Shown here: in pieces, positions 28,712 to 37,907 of the stretch
Position numbering within the stretch: the first letter of the stretch is position 1
How the letters are laid out: each line of letters starts with the position of its first letter
Sequence record: MN453779.2
DNA length: 64,000 bases
Direction: 5' to 3' (one strand)
Made by a program: the position numbers and the translations under genes
Notes under the pieces: generated by a model
The model's database searches: none
Seen by the model: only the letters and a program-made list of their open reading frames with translations
What the model was told of the DNA's origin: nothing

Positions 28712-28734
28712 AAAGCCCCTGTGAAAGGGGCTTT
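28712..28734. terminator. bidirectional Rho-independent terminator of tailspike A
   Basis: aaagcccct-gtgaa-aggggcttt with A/U tracts. Confidence 0.85.
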
Positions 28735-28767
28735 ATTTTGCGGAGCATCTTCTGGTTGTGCCACTAG

Positions 28768-30732
28768 TCAAACATGTCGCACCACGCCCGTACAGCTATA
28801 TGTCTGCACCGAGCTGTAGAAACTGTCAAACGTCAGGCGAATAAACCCGCCATTATTGGACACAGCAACGGTTTTATCAAACCCATCATGTGACTTGGCT
28901 TTGTCGCCATAAATGTTACCAAACAGTTCATAAGCGCTTAACTCATCTGCTATCGTTATGCGGTACGCTAACAGAGCTGCGTGCTTATTGAATGCTATCT
29001 TTGTGTCTATGATTATAGAGAAAGTGGTGCCGGCTGTTTTTGAGTGCTCACAGAACGCCACCGTCCCTGCTTTAGGCCCCCCTGCCTTACCCTCGTAATT
29101 GAACGGCACTAGAGTGTTACCATGCACCTGAGTCTTAATCATCCCAAACCCAGTGGCCGAATCGAAAAGAATGTTTTCATGCCGAACTCTGGATTTCCCG
29201 CCAAGCGCGTAACCAGCCGGGATTGATGGGTAGCCGTTATTGGCGATGGGGACAGGGGCTATCTCGACCTCACCTAAATCGTTGTAGTTATCCAGCCCTG
29301 AGATTACATTTGGACAAGCAAGGAATCGGTTATTTTCATAAACATGAATTCGGGAGCCATTCGTTCCTCTGTTTATAGCTGTTCCGCATTTGTTGAAGAA
29401 GCAGTTATCAAAGGTCACATCATATTTGAAACCGCCAGCGGACAGGTCCACACCGATCCCAGAATCCCCCTCTAGGTAACACGTATCGAGCTTGATAGGG
29501 CCAGTCTCGCCGGAAATGATAATCCCGTTTGTGCACCCCTCAGCCGAGCAGCAATACAGAGTCTGGCCGTTAGCCCCGCTCGATATTTCAATCCCAGTGA
29601 CACGCCCACTTACAAACACCGATTCAATCGCGCAGACGTTGACAAAATCACGGAAGTAAAAAGCCGGCAACGTGGTTCCCCCTCCACTACCGCGAGAGAA
29701 CAGGTTAACGAAACGCCCGTAGAAACAGCGAGCAGCATAAACAGGTTGAGTACAGTTGGTGAAGTAGATGTTACTAAGCTCACTGTTGAACAGAAAGTTG
29801 TATAGATTAAATACCTTACCACAATCTCTAATACTGGCATTTTTTACAGCAGCCTGCCGAACCAGAATTGTTTCTGGTGGGGCACCGATGTTGCTTATGA
29901 CAGCGCCGCCGGATAAATACCCGCTCTGGAAAACGTCTACAGAACTCCCCAGACCCGGGCCAATAATTTCAGAGTTGCAGAAGTCTAGCTCTACGCAAGA
30001 TGGTACGATCACCGTTTCCGTCAACTTGTAAGATCTATATGGTGCGATTATGCGCCCACCGCCAGCAAGCGCGACATACAGTATCGCGGAGACGAATGCG
30101 GGTGAGTCATTAGTTGTGCCATCCCCCGCTGCGCCAAAGTCGAGGACGTTAAATATAAGCCTGGAGCGCAGTAGCTCACCGCTGCGATCAACAAACCCAC
30201 CGCTCGCTGGGTCAGTACCAGCGGCAACTACACCAGCAGGCCCGGAGAATACCTTACCAGTGCGCTCTTGCAGCAACACATCATTACTATTTACAAGAAC
30301 ACCACCTTGTTCAAAACTCCCTTCAACAAGATCATATCCTGCTTCTTGATAAGTTCTACGAAGTGCTTCTCTTGCTATTACACGTTCATCCCTAGTAACA
30401 ATACCCCATCCTTTCTTACCACCTGGGGTAGGAGAACTATTAGCTGGAACTACATAAGGTAATTTACCATTCCAACTGTACCAATATCCATCTGTTGGAT
30501 AAAAAACACATTTATCACGATCACCGATGCCTAAAGTGCCACCATTAACAAAGTCAAATCCTGCTGGTTTGAACCCAACATCTTTCAAAGCCTGTTGTAC
30601 AGTTTTGTGTTGTTTACCGAAACGATCCTGCCACAATGCAGCTGGGGAATTCATCGCATAATCAAACGAAATAGCGTTATCTTGTAAGTCTTCAGTTGCT
30701 GAAGACCCAATAGGGTTTTGTGTGAAAAACAT
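28768..30732 (-). CDS. tailspike A, polysaccharide depolymerase-type receptor-binding protein
   Basis: N-terminal anchor plus TSP/gp66-like docking modules; NVLDFGAAGDGTTNDSPAF pectate-lyase-3-like start; beta-helix; GC-rich C-terminal region. Confidence 0.85.
   Translation of the reverse strand: MFFTQNPIGSSATEDLQDNAISFDYAMNSPAALWQDRFGKQHKTVQQALKDVGFKPAGFDFVNGGTLGIGDRDKCVFYPTDGYWYSWNGKLPYVVPANSSPTPGGKKGWGIVTRDERVIAREALRRTYQEAGYDLVEGSFEQGGVLVNSNDVLLQERTGKVFSGPAGVVAAGTDPASGGFVDRSGELLRSRLIFNVLDFGAAGDGTTNDSPAFVSAILYVALAGGGRIIAPYRSYKLTETVIVPSCVELDFCNSEIIGPGLGSSVDVFQSGYLSGGAVISNIGAPPETILVRQAAVKNASIRDCGKVFNLYNFLFNSELSNIYFTNCTQPVYAARCFYGRFVNLFSRGSGGGTTLPAFYFRDFVNVCAIESVFVSGRVTGIEISSGANGQTLYCCSAEGCTNGIIISGETGPIKLDTCYLEGDSGIGVDLSAGGFKYDVTFDNCFFNKCGTAINRGTNGSRIHVYENNRFLACPNVISGLDNYNDLGEVEIAPVPIANNGYPSIPAGYALGGKSRVRHENILFDSATGFGMIKTQVHGNTLVPFNYEGKAGGPKAGTVAFCEHSKTAGTTFSIIIDTKIAFNKHAALLAYRITIADELSAYELFGNIYGDKAKSHDGFDKTVAVSNNGGFIRLTFDSFYSSVQTYSCTGVVRHV
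30187..30375 (-). repeat. shared tailspike junction module, copy A
   Basis: REALRRTY...DVLLQERTG...GFVD; exact blocks gaagcacttcgtagaac and tgctgcaagagcgcac in all three spikes. Confidence 0.9.
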
Positions 30733-30794
30733 ATAAAACCTCTTTCTATTAATAGGTAGTTAAAGAAGTCATTTAAGCTTCTTTAAAATCAGTT

Positions 30795-30803
30795 CATAAG
30801 ATC
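30795..30803 (-). promoter_or_regulatory. putative late promoter for tailspike A
   Basis: GATCTTATG on minus strand. Confidence 0.6.
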
Positions 30804-30812
30804 TGGGGAAAC

Positions 30813-30821
30813 GATTTTATG
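30813..30821 (+). promoter_or_regulatory. putative late promoter, back-to-back with previous
   Basis: GATTTTATG. Confidence 0.6.
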
Positions 30822-30848
30822 TTCATATACTTTAAGAAAGGTCTAATT

Positions 30849-31838
30849 ATGGAACTTGCTAATTTTAAAAAATCCAAGCTTCGGGAGTTTTATCTAACTG
30901 CCAAAGCGGATCTTCAGTTGGTTGAAACTAATATTCTTGGAAATAAAGAAAAATACGAGGGGTGTGAATCTTCCAGCGAAGAACATGCTCTTTTAATTCA
31001 AGTCGCTTCTTATGCCAAGGAAACCTATAATGCTAACGTCACACCAGATATCGATGGAATGGAAGGGTTTGCCGAGGCACTAAAAACTGGACTCAAGCGA
31101 GTAGCTGAATTATTCAAGTCAAAACCAAATAAAGAGCAATTGGCTGTTCTTAAGAAAAATGCCAGTGAGATCACAGCTGCAATAGATCTTTATAAAAGTT
31201 CCAAATGGTTGGACGCACAAACCTTTATCAATGTTGGTCATGTCAAGTTCAATACACCTAAGTTGTTTGGTGAAGTTAAAACAATCGATGATGTTAAAAA
31301 GATCATTGAAGAGATCACCAAAAAGTACGACGCTGTTTTTAAACCCACCTTGGACGACGCATGGAAACGCTTAAGCAAGGGTAGTTCAATTTTTAGCAAA
31401 TATGAAGATAAAGAACCTTCTGAAAAACTGATTAAAGAAGTGGCGGGGTTGGTTCCTATTGCACCGATCTTTAAACCATTCCCTAAAGATTTCATTACGA
31501 GCGCTCTGGGCGGAAATAAAGTCACTATCTCTATCTCGGCACTCACTAAAAGCGACGTTCAAAACGTTGTGGACTTGATGGTGGAGTTAAAGAAGTTCTT
31601 TTGGGAAAAAGAAGAAGCCATGGAAGTGTTACTTTTCGACCTGATGAGCTATGAAGAATATTGGGATAGCGATTTTTGGTCAGAAGTCCCAGAAGAAATT
31701 ATGACGAAGATGGAGAGCGCTACTGAATGGCGTAGCGTTAATGAAACCATCCTCGGACCTCTTTCTAAAGAGTTAGGTGGGATTGTCATGACCATCGGAA
31801 GATTTCTGGAAGATTGGATTCTTTACTCCATTAAATAG
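30849..31838 (+). CDS. putative internal head / virion protein
   Basis: DIDGMEGFAEALK region resembles cleaved head-protein families of phiKZ-like phages (recall); late motif upstream. Confidence 0.45.
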   Translation: MELANFKKSKLREFYLTAKADLQLVETNILGNKEKYEGCESSSEEHALLIQVASYAKETYNANVTPDIDGMEGFAEALKTGLKRVAELFKSKPNKEQLAVLKKNASEITAAIDLYKSSKWLDAQTFINVGHVKFNTPKLFGEVKTIDDVKKIIEEITKKYDAVFKPTLDDAWKRLSKGSSIFSKYEDKEPSEKLIKEVAGLVPIAPIFKPFPKDFITSALGGNKVTISISALTKSDVQNVVDLMVELKKFFWEKEEAMEVLLFDLMSYEEYWDSDFWSEVPEEIMTKMESATEWRSVNETILGPLSKELGGIVMTIGRFLEDWILYSIK

Positions 31839-31850
31839 TTATTTACTATG

Positions 31851-31878
31851 CCCCACCTAACCAAGTGGTTAGGTGGGG
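31851..31878. terminator. 12-bp stem hairpin
   Basis: ccccacctaacc-aagt-ggttaggtgggg. Confidence 0.75.
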
Positions 31879-31913
31879 TTATGTTTATAATAATTAAAAA
31901 TTTACTGGGTTCT

Positions 31914-31935
31914 ATATTTTTTCAGATAGATATTA
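31914..31935 (+). promoter_or_regulatory. putative early promoter
   Basis: ATATTTT-ttcagata-GATATTA. Confidence 0.65.
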
Positions 31936-31984
31936 TTAAGTTGTATAAACCAAGTAAGTTGTTCAATAGTCTAGGAGAAAGTAT

Positions 31985-32353
31985 ATGCGTTTTAAACATG
32001 AATCTTTAATGAAAGTTAAGAAAGTTTTAATGACCCGTGTAAGTTACATTATTAACTTGCAAATTCGTAATGGTGAAAAAGCTGTTGATCTTTCAACCAA
32101 GTACAAAATCAACCCCACTACTATTTCTGAACTGAAACTTCAGAAAGTTGATAAGATGAGTCTTGATCGATTGATTACCTGTGCCGATAAAATGGGATTA
32201 GAATACTCCATTGGGATTACTAACTTCAATGGTTATAAGACCGTTGACGTTTCTTTACCCAAATACGATAACGACCCAGTAATACGTCAGATCGATATGA
32301 AACGTCATCAGCACACTGGTCAGGTATCTCAACAATCTACTCAAGCGGTGTAA
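31985..32353 (+). CDS. XRE-family HTH DNA-binding protein
   Basis: KAVDLSTKYKINPTTISEL...KMSLDRLITCADKMG HTH pattern. Confidence 0.65.
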   Translation: MRFKHESLMKVKKVLMTRVSYIINLQIRNGEKAVDLSTKYKINPTTISELKLQKVDKMSLDRLITCADKMGLEYSIGITNFNGYKTVDVSLPKYDNDPVIRQIDMKRHQHTGQVSQQSTQAV

Positions 32354-32356
32354 TAA

Positions 32357-32662
32357 ATGATCAAGGAAATTTTGTCAAATAGTGAATGTGTAGAGAAGCA
32401 GTTGTTGAAAACCTTTCCTAATTTCAATCAAGAGTTTCCAGAGGAGTTGAAACTCACATTGATTAACATGATCAAACACGATGAAACAGTTACTGTCTTC
32501 CCAAATACAGTAGAAGTTAAGAACAGTTCTTTCAAAGAGTTGGTAATTAAAATCTGTAAGGAGTGGATTATTTTTATCACTGAAGAGTTGAAGGATTACA
32601 CCTGTTTCTACCGACAAGCTAATTTGGATAAAATCAAATCTTTTATTAGCTTACACAGTTAA
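32357..32662 (+). CDS. hypothetical protein
   Basis: 101 aa, tightly packed. Confidence 0.6.
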   Translation: MIKEILSNSECVEKQLLKTFPNFNQEFPEELKLTLINMIKHDETVTVFPNTVEVKNSSFKELVIKICKEWIIFITEELKDYTCFYRQANLDKIKSFISLHS

Positions 32663-32710
32663 TAAACACTCTTGGTGAAATTATTAGCTAAGCATCGGGA
32701 GGTTTGTTAA

Positions 32711-32809
32711 ATGAAATTAACAAAGCGTTCTGGATTGGTGATTGTAATTACAATCACCTTCTGGGTTATAACTGGGATAGTTGGTTACCAACTTTATCAA
32801 CAAGGGTAA
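32711..32809 (+). CDS. small single-TM protein (not in ORF track)
   Basis: GGAGG RBS; MKLTKRSGLVIVITITFWVITGIVGYQLYQQG. Confidence 0.55.
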   Translation: MKLTKRSGLVIVITITFWVITGIVGYQLYQQG

Positions 32810-32818
32810 GGGAACATT

Positions 32819-34174
32819 ATGTCTAAGAAAGCTAAAGAAGTTAAAGCGGTTAAAGTCGCTGAAACCAAAACTGTGGATGGGTTGGAAGACAACGTACAAA
32901 ACGAACAGGAAGAATCTGATACCCAAGATTCTTCCTGTGTTTTTTCTGCCTTAATTGAACCATCTTCACCACCTATTGTAGAACTGGAAAATGTCGAGGT
33001 TAAACCTAAGTACGTGTTGGATAACATAACCAACAAACCAAAGCTGAAAGTTGGTGATAAAGAAATTGAGCTTAAAGAAGTTCAACTGACCAGTGATCAT
33101 TTCTTTAATGTTAATAGTTTCCGTAGCTCCCCAAGACATTATCACTTTAGTAATCATTACAGTGAAAATGAAATGAGAAAGGTTGAAGGCGAACCTAAGT
33201 GGTACGGCGCGGAAGTTAACGGAGTCCAATTCTTCCTGACCCAAGGTTCTGTTGTAGACCTTAAACGCCTAGATAACCAAACCGGTTATGGTGGACCCAA
33301 CACCGATGGTCGTAAACCTTGTGTTAAGGTTACTTATTCTACTATCATTACTGATAACCTTTCCATTCGTGGATTTGAAGAGAATCGACTGTTTAATGTC
33401 GGATTAACTGGCGAGTGGATTTGCATTGATAATGTTTCTTTGTCAGATGGTAAAGTAGAAATTGAAAACTCCATAGATCTTACAAATGTGAGTCTAAGTG
33501 TTTTCAGCATTACTCGTACAAACTCTCTCGATCTTAACCAGTTTAACGGTAGTAGAATTTCGTTGAAAGGGTTTAATTCGATCAGAATTTACAACAGTAG
33601 CTGCTACTGTCATTTTGAAAATTCTTTCATTCTTGATTTACCAAATAAGAAGATGGTCAATCTTTCCATTGGAAAGACCACTCTTAGTGATTTCAAGTTT
33701 ATTAACTATAATCATAATCTTTGCGAGGGGTTAGATGTTAACTCCAAAATCGTTATAGATAAACGTATTGACTATGGTTATATCACTGGTCTGAAGCCTG
33801 TTCCTTTTGTGCGTGTTGGTCGCAGTGGGATCTTGGTAGGTAGTCAGTATTTTACCGCTGTAGAAATGTTGGGTAAAATCAATACAGCTACTCTGCACGA
33901 GATCACACCTATCTCTCCGTGGTATCCCACTCCTACCTTTGGTTCTCCAAGAGCTCTAGATCCATTGGTTGGGCGTGATGTTGCTGATAAAGCTTATAGC
34001 GTAGCTTTTAACTCTGGTTATAAAGGTAAGGTTCCTGAACATCAACCTGATCAACTTGTAGTAGATATTGTCCAAACCACAATTGACCAGATTCGTTCCA
34101 AAGTCAAGGTTTTTGCTTTGATTGACACTCTAATTTCTGGTGACTTTGAATATGACGATGAATACCCCTACTGA
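32819..34174 (+). CDS. hypothetical protein, possible beta-solenoid
   Basis: 451 aa; acidic N-terminus; N/S/L/I-rich repetitive middle. Confidence 0.65.
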   Translation: MSKKAKEVKAVKVAETKTVDGLEDNVQNEQEESDTQDSSCVFSALIEPSSPPIVELENVEVKPKYVLDNITNKPKLKVGDKEIELKEVQLTSDHFFNVNSFRSSPRHYHFSNHYSENEMRKVEGEPKWYGAEVNGVQFFLTQGSVVDLKRLDNQTGYGGPNTDGRKPCVKVTYSTIITDNLSIRGFEENRLFNVGLTGEWICIDNVSLSDGKVEIENSIDLTNVSLSVFSITRTNSLDLNQFNGSRISLKGFNSIRIYNSSCYCHFENSFILDLPNKKMVNLSIGKTTLSDFKFINYNHNLCEGLDVNSKIVIDKRIDYGYITGLKPVPFVRVGRSGILVGSQYFTAVEMLGKINTATLHEITPISPWYPTPTFGSPRALDPLVGRDVADKAYSVAFNSGYKGKVPEHQPDQLVVDIVQTTIDQIRSKVKVFALIDTLISGDFEYDDEYPY

Positions 34175-34859
34175 TACCTTAGAAAGACTAACTAGAAAAT
34201 TTGGGAATCTGTTTCTCCATATTTCTGGTGAAAGTAAGGTTTCATTCTTAGGACTGAAAGGTAATTCTTGGAATGGGTTTATTACAACCTGTTTTGACGG
34301 AGACTTAGGTTGTATGGAACGGATTGAAGACGAAAGACCTTCCGCTCTAGACAACGCTTTTCGGTTCATGAGAGATTTAACCATAACACCTCATTTGAAC
34401 TTGGATGAGAACTCTAAGTATACACTTACGGAAGAAGAGTGGAATAGTGAACTCGATCAGTTTCTAAAGTTTATTGAAAGCAACCCGTTCAATAAAACTT
34501 ATCAACATTATGTTTACCATAAAGGTGAAACTAATAAGGTTGAAACTGTTATAACTATCCAACTTAAACCTCTCTGTAACACATATGTTGTTGGGGAGTA
34601 TCATGCTAGTAATGAAGCTGAGTTTCTTGGGGAAGTAACCGCTGTTAATAGTGAGGATGGTTCTGATGCTCTAATTTTCTCATGTGATAAATTTGCTTTT
34701 CTATTGGAAACTACCAATGATAAACATCTTTACTCAAATGAGAATTGTATAAAGTACCGAGAACATATTCCTACGAAAGGTGATTTTCTTGTACGAGATA
34801 ATGGAACTGGTAAATTAGTTATCTTACCTAAAAATGATTACTGTGGATATTTCCACTAA
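34152..34859 (+). CDS. hypothetical protein
   Basis: ~235 aa, overlaps upstream gene; start uncertain. Confidence 0.6.
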   Translation: MTMNTPTDTLERLTRKFGNLFLHISGESKVSFLGLKGNSWNGFITTCFDGDLGCMERIEDERPSALDNAFRFMRDLTITPHLNLDENSKYTLTEEEWNSELDQFLKFIESNPFNKTYQHYVYHKGETNKVETVITIQLKPLCNTYVVGEYHASNEAEFLGEVTAVNSEDGSDALIFSCDKFAFLLETTNDKHLYSNENCIKYREHIPTKGDFLVRDNGTGKLVILPKNDYCGYFH

Positions 34860-34864
34860 CATAA

Positions 34865-34892
34865 AGGGTAACTGGGAACACCCAGTTACCCT
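34865..34892. terminator. 12-bp stem hairpin
   Basis: agggtaactggg-aaca-cccagttaccct. Confidence 0.7.
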
Positions 34893-34908
34893 CATTTTCT
34901 TATGCTCT

Positions 34909-34930
34909 ATAATTTTTGAGATAGATATTA
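34909..34930 (+). promoter_or_regulatory. putative early promoter
   Basis: ATAATTT-ttgagata-GATATTA. Confidence 0.65.
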
Positions 34931-34969
34931 TTATTGTGTAAGTATAGGGAGTATAAAAGGAAAAGTAGC

Positions 34970-35737
34970 ATGTCTAATAAAAAGAAGCGTAATGAAGCCA
35001 AGAACCAAAAGAAAAAGCAAGCAATTGCCAATCACAAACAGTTCTTTGCACATCGAGCCAAAGTGACACATATCACTCAATCGCTCAATCATGCATTGGG
35101 TAAGTTCTATGTCATTGGTGACAAGAATCACCTACCAATGACCTTTGGGCTGTGGGATCTTAAAAACAGGCTGAAGGGGGACGATCTAAAAATAGGCTTG
35201 GAAGAAGCGATGAAGTTTCTTCTCGATACTCCAAATACTTGGGTAATTGCAATTTATCATTTCTTTGATATTGATGGTATTGTTGAGGTAATACCAGTTA
35301 CTTGCACAGTTCCAGATTTTACCTTAGGAATTGCTTGCGATTTAGTTCCGGCCTTAATAGAAGAGACTAAGGCTTGTATTCTTGAAAAGGAAGAGTACAA
35401 AGATTTAGAAAGTTATTATAGTCATCATGCTTATTATATCAATTATGGAGATGATCTTAATTTTGATAAAATGGATGGTGATTTAATTAACGCTATGTTC
35501 ACAGTCAGTAATGACTTACAGAAGACTTCAGATATCGTTCCTGTTGTAAATGGCTATAAGGTATTGGACAACATTCTTAAAGATCCTGGAGAAGTTGCAG
35601 GAGGTTCAGAGAGTGTTCCGTTGTGTAGCAATATGGTAGAGTTAACAGAGGAAGTTTTAAATAGTTTTGGAATGACATCTACAGATATTGATGAAATGTT
35701 TTCTGAATCATCAGAAGGTCATTTGGAAGTTGCTTAA
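34970..35737 (+). CDS. hypothetical protein, basic N-terminus and acidic C-terminus
   Basis: Start reassigned to ATG 34970 after AAGGA. Confidence 0.65.
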   Translation: MSNKKKRNEAKNQKKKQAIANHKQFFAHRAKVTHITQSLNHALGKFYVIGDKNHLPMTFGLWDLKNRLKGDDLKIGLEEAMKFLLDTPNTWVIAIYHFFDIDGIVEVIPVTCTVPDFTLGIACDLVPALIEETKACILEKEEYKDLESYYSHHAYYINYGDDLNFDKMDGDLINAMFTVSNDLQKTSDIVPVVNGYKVLDNILKDPGEVAGGSESVPLCSNMVELTEEVLNSFGMTSTDIDEMFSESSEGHLEVA

Positions 35738-35770
35738 TCAATTATTTTAGTCTAGATAAAGGAAAGTAAA

Positions 35771-36148
35771 ATGAAACAAGTGCATATTGAAAAACTGGCA
35801 GATATTATCTCCAAAGAGAAGTCTGAATTCCGTATTAACATCCCGGCTCTTAATGGTAAAGGTGAATTTCGGCTAGGGGGTAGTACATTCCCTACCGGGA
35901 CCTTCGAGATCGTAGTCCATTATCACGGTAAAGAAGTTTCTTGTTCTGGACACATGGGTCGACAGTACATAACTATGACACAGGTTAAGAATGAAGAAAT
36001 CGATAAGTCCAAACCTTGTTTGAAAATCAACATCACTCGTCGCAATGGTGCGTTTATTAAAAATGATCGATTCATTAAGAACGACGTAGCTAGTCTTATC
36101 GAGTTCTTTAATGACTGGACCGCAGAAGTTACTCTTGACAATAAATAG
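35771..36148 (+). CDS. hypothetical protein
   Basis: 125 aa, AAGGA RBS. Confidence 0.65.
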   Translation: MKQVHIEKLADIISKEKSEFRINIPALNGKGEFRLGGSTFPTGTFEIVVHYHGKEVSCSGHMGRQYITMTQVKNEEIDKSKPCLKINITRRNGAFIKNDRFIKNDVASLIEFFNDWTAEVTLDNK

Positions 36149-36157
36149 GGATTCGTG

Positions 36158-36550
36158 ATGAGTACCATATCTGCTAATGTCTTTAATAGGATTGTTGATT
36201 CTATCATTTCTGCCGGAGGAGTAGGTTTCTGGGTAGAAGACGACTTGCTTAGGAACTTGAAACAACGTAATCTACTACAGTTCTGGCAAACTAGTAATCA
36301 TAGACCAGAGTTGTCTATTGAAAGTCCTAAGGCTAAACTGGAGTTTCGTTTAGTCAATCCGCGCAATCATGAATGGTCTTTCACTATTAGTTCTCAGACT
36401 GGAATGAGGAAGTCTGTAAGTTTAACCTGGATGGGGAATTTGTCTAATCCTAAAACTAATCACGAACAGGGCAAATTACTTAGAAGTGAGATAGGTTTAG
36501 TTTTAAGGCAATTCCTAGTCCAATCAGGAATTAAATTTATTCCAAATTGA
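36158..36550 (+). CDS. hypothetical protein
   Basis: ~130 aa in operon. Confidence 0.6.
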   Translation: MSTISANVFNRIVDSIISAGGVGFWVEDDLLRNLKQRNLLQFWQTSNHRPELSIESPKAKLEFRLVNPRNHEWSFTISSQTGMRKSVSLTWMGNLSNPKTNHEQGKLLRSEIGLVLRQFLVQSGIKFIPN

Positions 36551-36561
36551 AGGTTATTGAC

Positions 36562-36957
36562 ATGCCAGATCCAAATTTGAAGTTCCTACCTATTAGTAAG
36601 AGTATTGCTCTAACTATTGATAAAAACAATATTGATATTTGGACTAAACATATTCTTCCCCACCCAACCCCTTTCTGGGATTTTTGGGAGAAAGACGAAG
36701 AGTTTAAATATCTCTTTGTTTCACTAAGCACTATTTATAACGAAGAGGGGTTAATTAAACCTGAATTGTTGGTAGCAAAACCTGGTATTAACTACGAGGA
36801 TGCAATTAAACATCTGGAATTAGTTTTATTTCCAAACTCTTGGATCTTACACAAAGAAGCTGGAATTCGTGTTGGATCATATTTGATCGCTCTTTGGTTT
36901 ACACCTGAAAGCGTTCATTACGAATTGAAAAGATTATTAGGAGATAAAAATGGATAA
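36562..36957 (+). CDS. hypothetical protein
   Basis: ATG 36562 after GAAGG. Confidence 0.6.
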   Translation: MPDPNLKFLPISKSIALTIDKNNIDIWTKHILPHPTPFWDFWEKDEEFKYLFVSLSTIYNEEGLIKPELLVAKPGINYEDAIKHLELVLFPNSWILHKEAGIRVGSYLIALWFTPESVHYELKRLLGDKNG

Positions 36958-37546
36958 CAACTTCCCTTATAACCATCGTATTAACTACAACACTTTTGTA
37001 ACTGGTGTTTGGATCCCATATAACGGTTGGCGTGTAAAGAGTCTTCATGACGTAAAGTTACGGGACGGGACTATTGTTACACAACTTCGGCCTAATGGCG
37101 CCGCCTGGTATGGGTCTAAATTCGACATCAAAGACGATGACGTTATCGCGATCAGGGTAGTCCCCGATGAAGAACGCGGTAAATACGAATACACTGGTGA
37201 TTTCAGAATTGAAAGAGATATCCATTATTTTGGTCATGTTATTCCCGTCTGGCTAGAAGATGAGCAACGTTTCATTTATCCTGACGAAGTACCTGAAGGT
37301 AAATTCATTACTCCTTTGCAACAAGCTTTGTGGAAGAAGTGTTGTACAAAAGAAGGTGATAAAGAAGAATCATGGGAAGTTATTGTTTTAACAGTAACGG
37401 GACGACTCTCTGATAACAAACTTTTAAGCTTTACTAATGACGAATTAGTACTTTTGTTTGATCATAGTGACAGTAGATTAACCACGCCAGAAGTTCTTTC
37501 AGAAAGGATTAGAAACAAAGCTCTTACTGGTTTTAATAGTTTTTAA
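36950..37546 (+). CDS. hypothetical protein
   Basis: 198 aa, AGGAG RBS. Confidence 0.65.
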   Translation: MDNNFPYNHRINYNTFVTGVWIPYNGWRVKSLHDVKLRDGTIVTQLRPNGAAWYGSKFDIKDDDVIAIRVVPDEERGKYEYTGDFRIERDIHYFGHVIPVWLEDEQRFIYPDEVPEGKFITPLQQALWKKCCTKEGDKEESWEVIVLTVTGRLSDNKLLSFTNDELVLLFDHSDSRLTTPEVLSERIRNKALTGFNSF

Positions 37547-37552
37547 GGATAA

Positions 37553-37876
37553 ATGAAGATGGAAACAGTATTTGAAAATTTGACAGATAAAGATAAAGAA
37601 AGACTAATCTATGGATTGGAGGTCAGTATTAACTCTTTCAGTAAATCTAAAAATAAAGATTTTAAAAGGTTTCATTTAAGCAATGGAACCTCAGTGTTGG
37701 TAAAACTAGAACCTCACATGGGAAACAGAGAACATCTGTCAGTTTTAATTACAAACCCCAAATCTAAACAAGTTATTAAAGAAGATTTCTATTTCTTTTT
37801 AGTGACAGTTGGAAGGGCTTTGGTGCTTGAAAACAAAGCAAAAGAAATGATTAAAGTTATTTCTAACTATATGTAA
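37553..37876 (+). CDS. hypothetical protein
   Basis: 107 aa, AAGGA RBS. Confidence 0.6.
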   Translation: MKMETVFENLTDKDKERLIYGLEVSINSFSKSKNKDFKRFHLSNGTSVLVKLEPHMGNREHLSVLITNPKSKQVIKEDFYFFLVTVGRALVLENKAKEMIKVISNYM

Positions 37877-37907
37877 TAACAACCTTAAGTCTAGATAAGG
37901 ATATATC

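Larger units (their letters stand above)
28391..28734. repeat. left arm of imperfect inverted repeat (tailspike A trailer)
   Basis: 28391-28440 is the exact reverse complement of 47300-47349; further conserved blocks to the terminator; variable middle. Confidence 0.9.

Noticed and set aside
30819-30848. ORF-track starts at 30819 and 44810
   Set aside because: These ATGs are the TATG of the late promoter motif; downstream ATGs (30849, 44843) have proper RBSs
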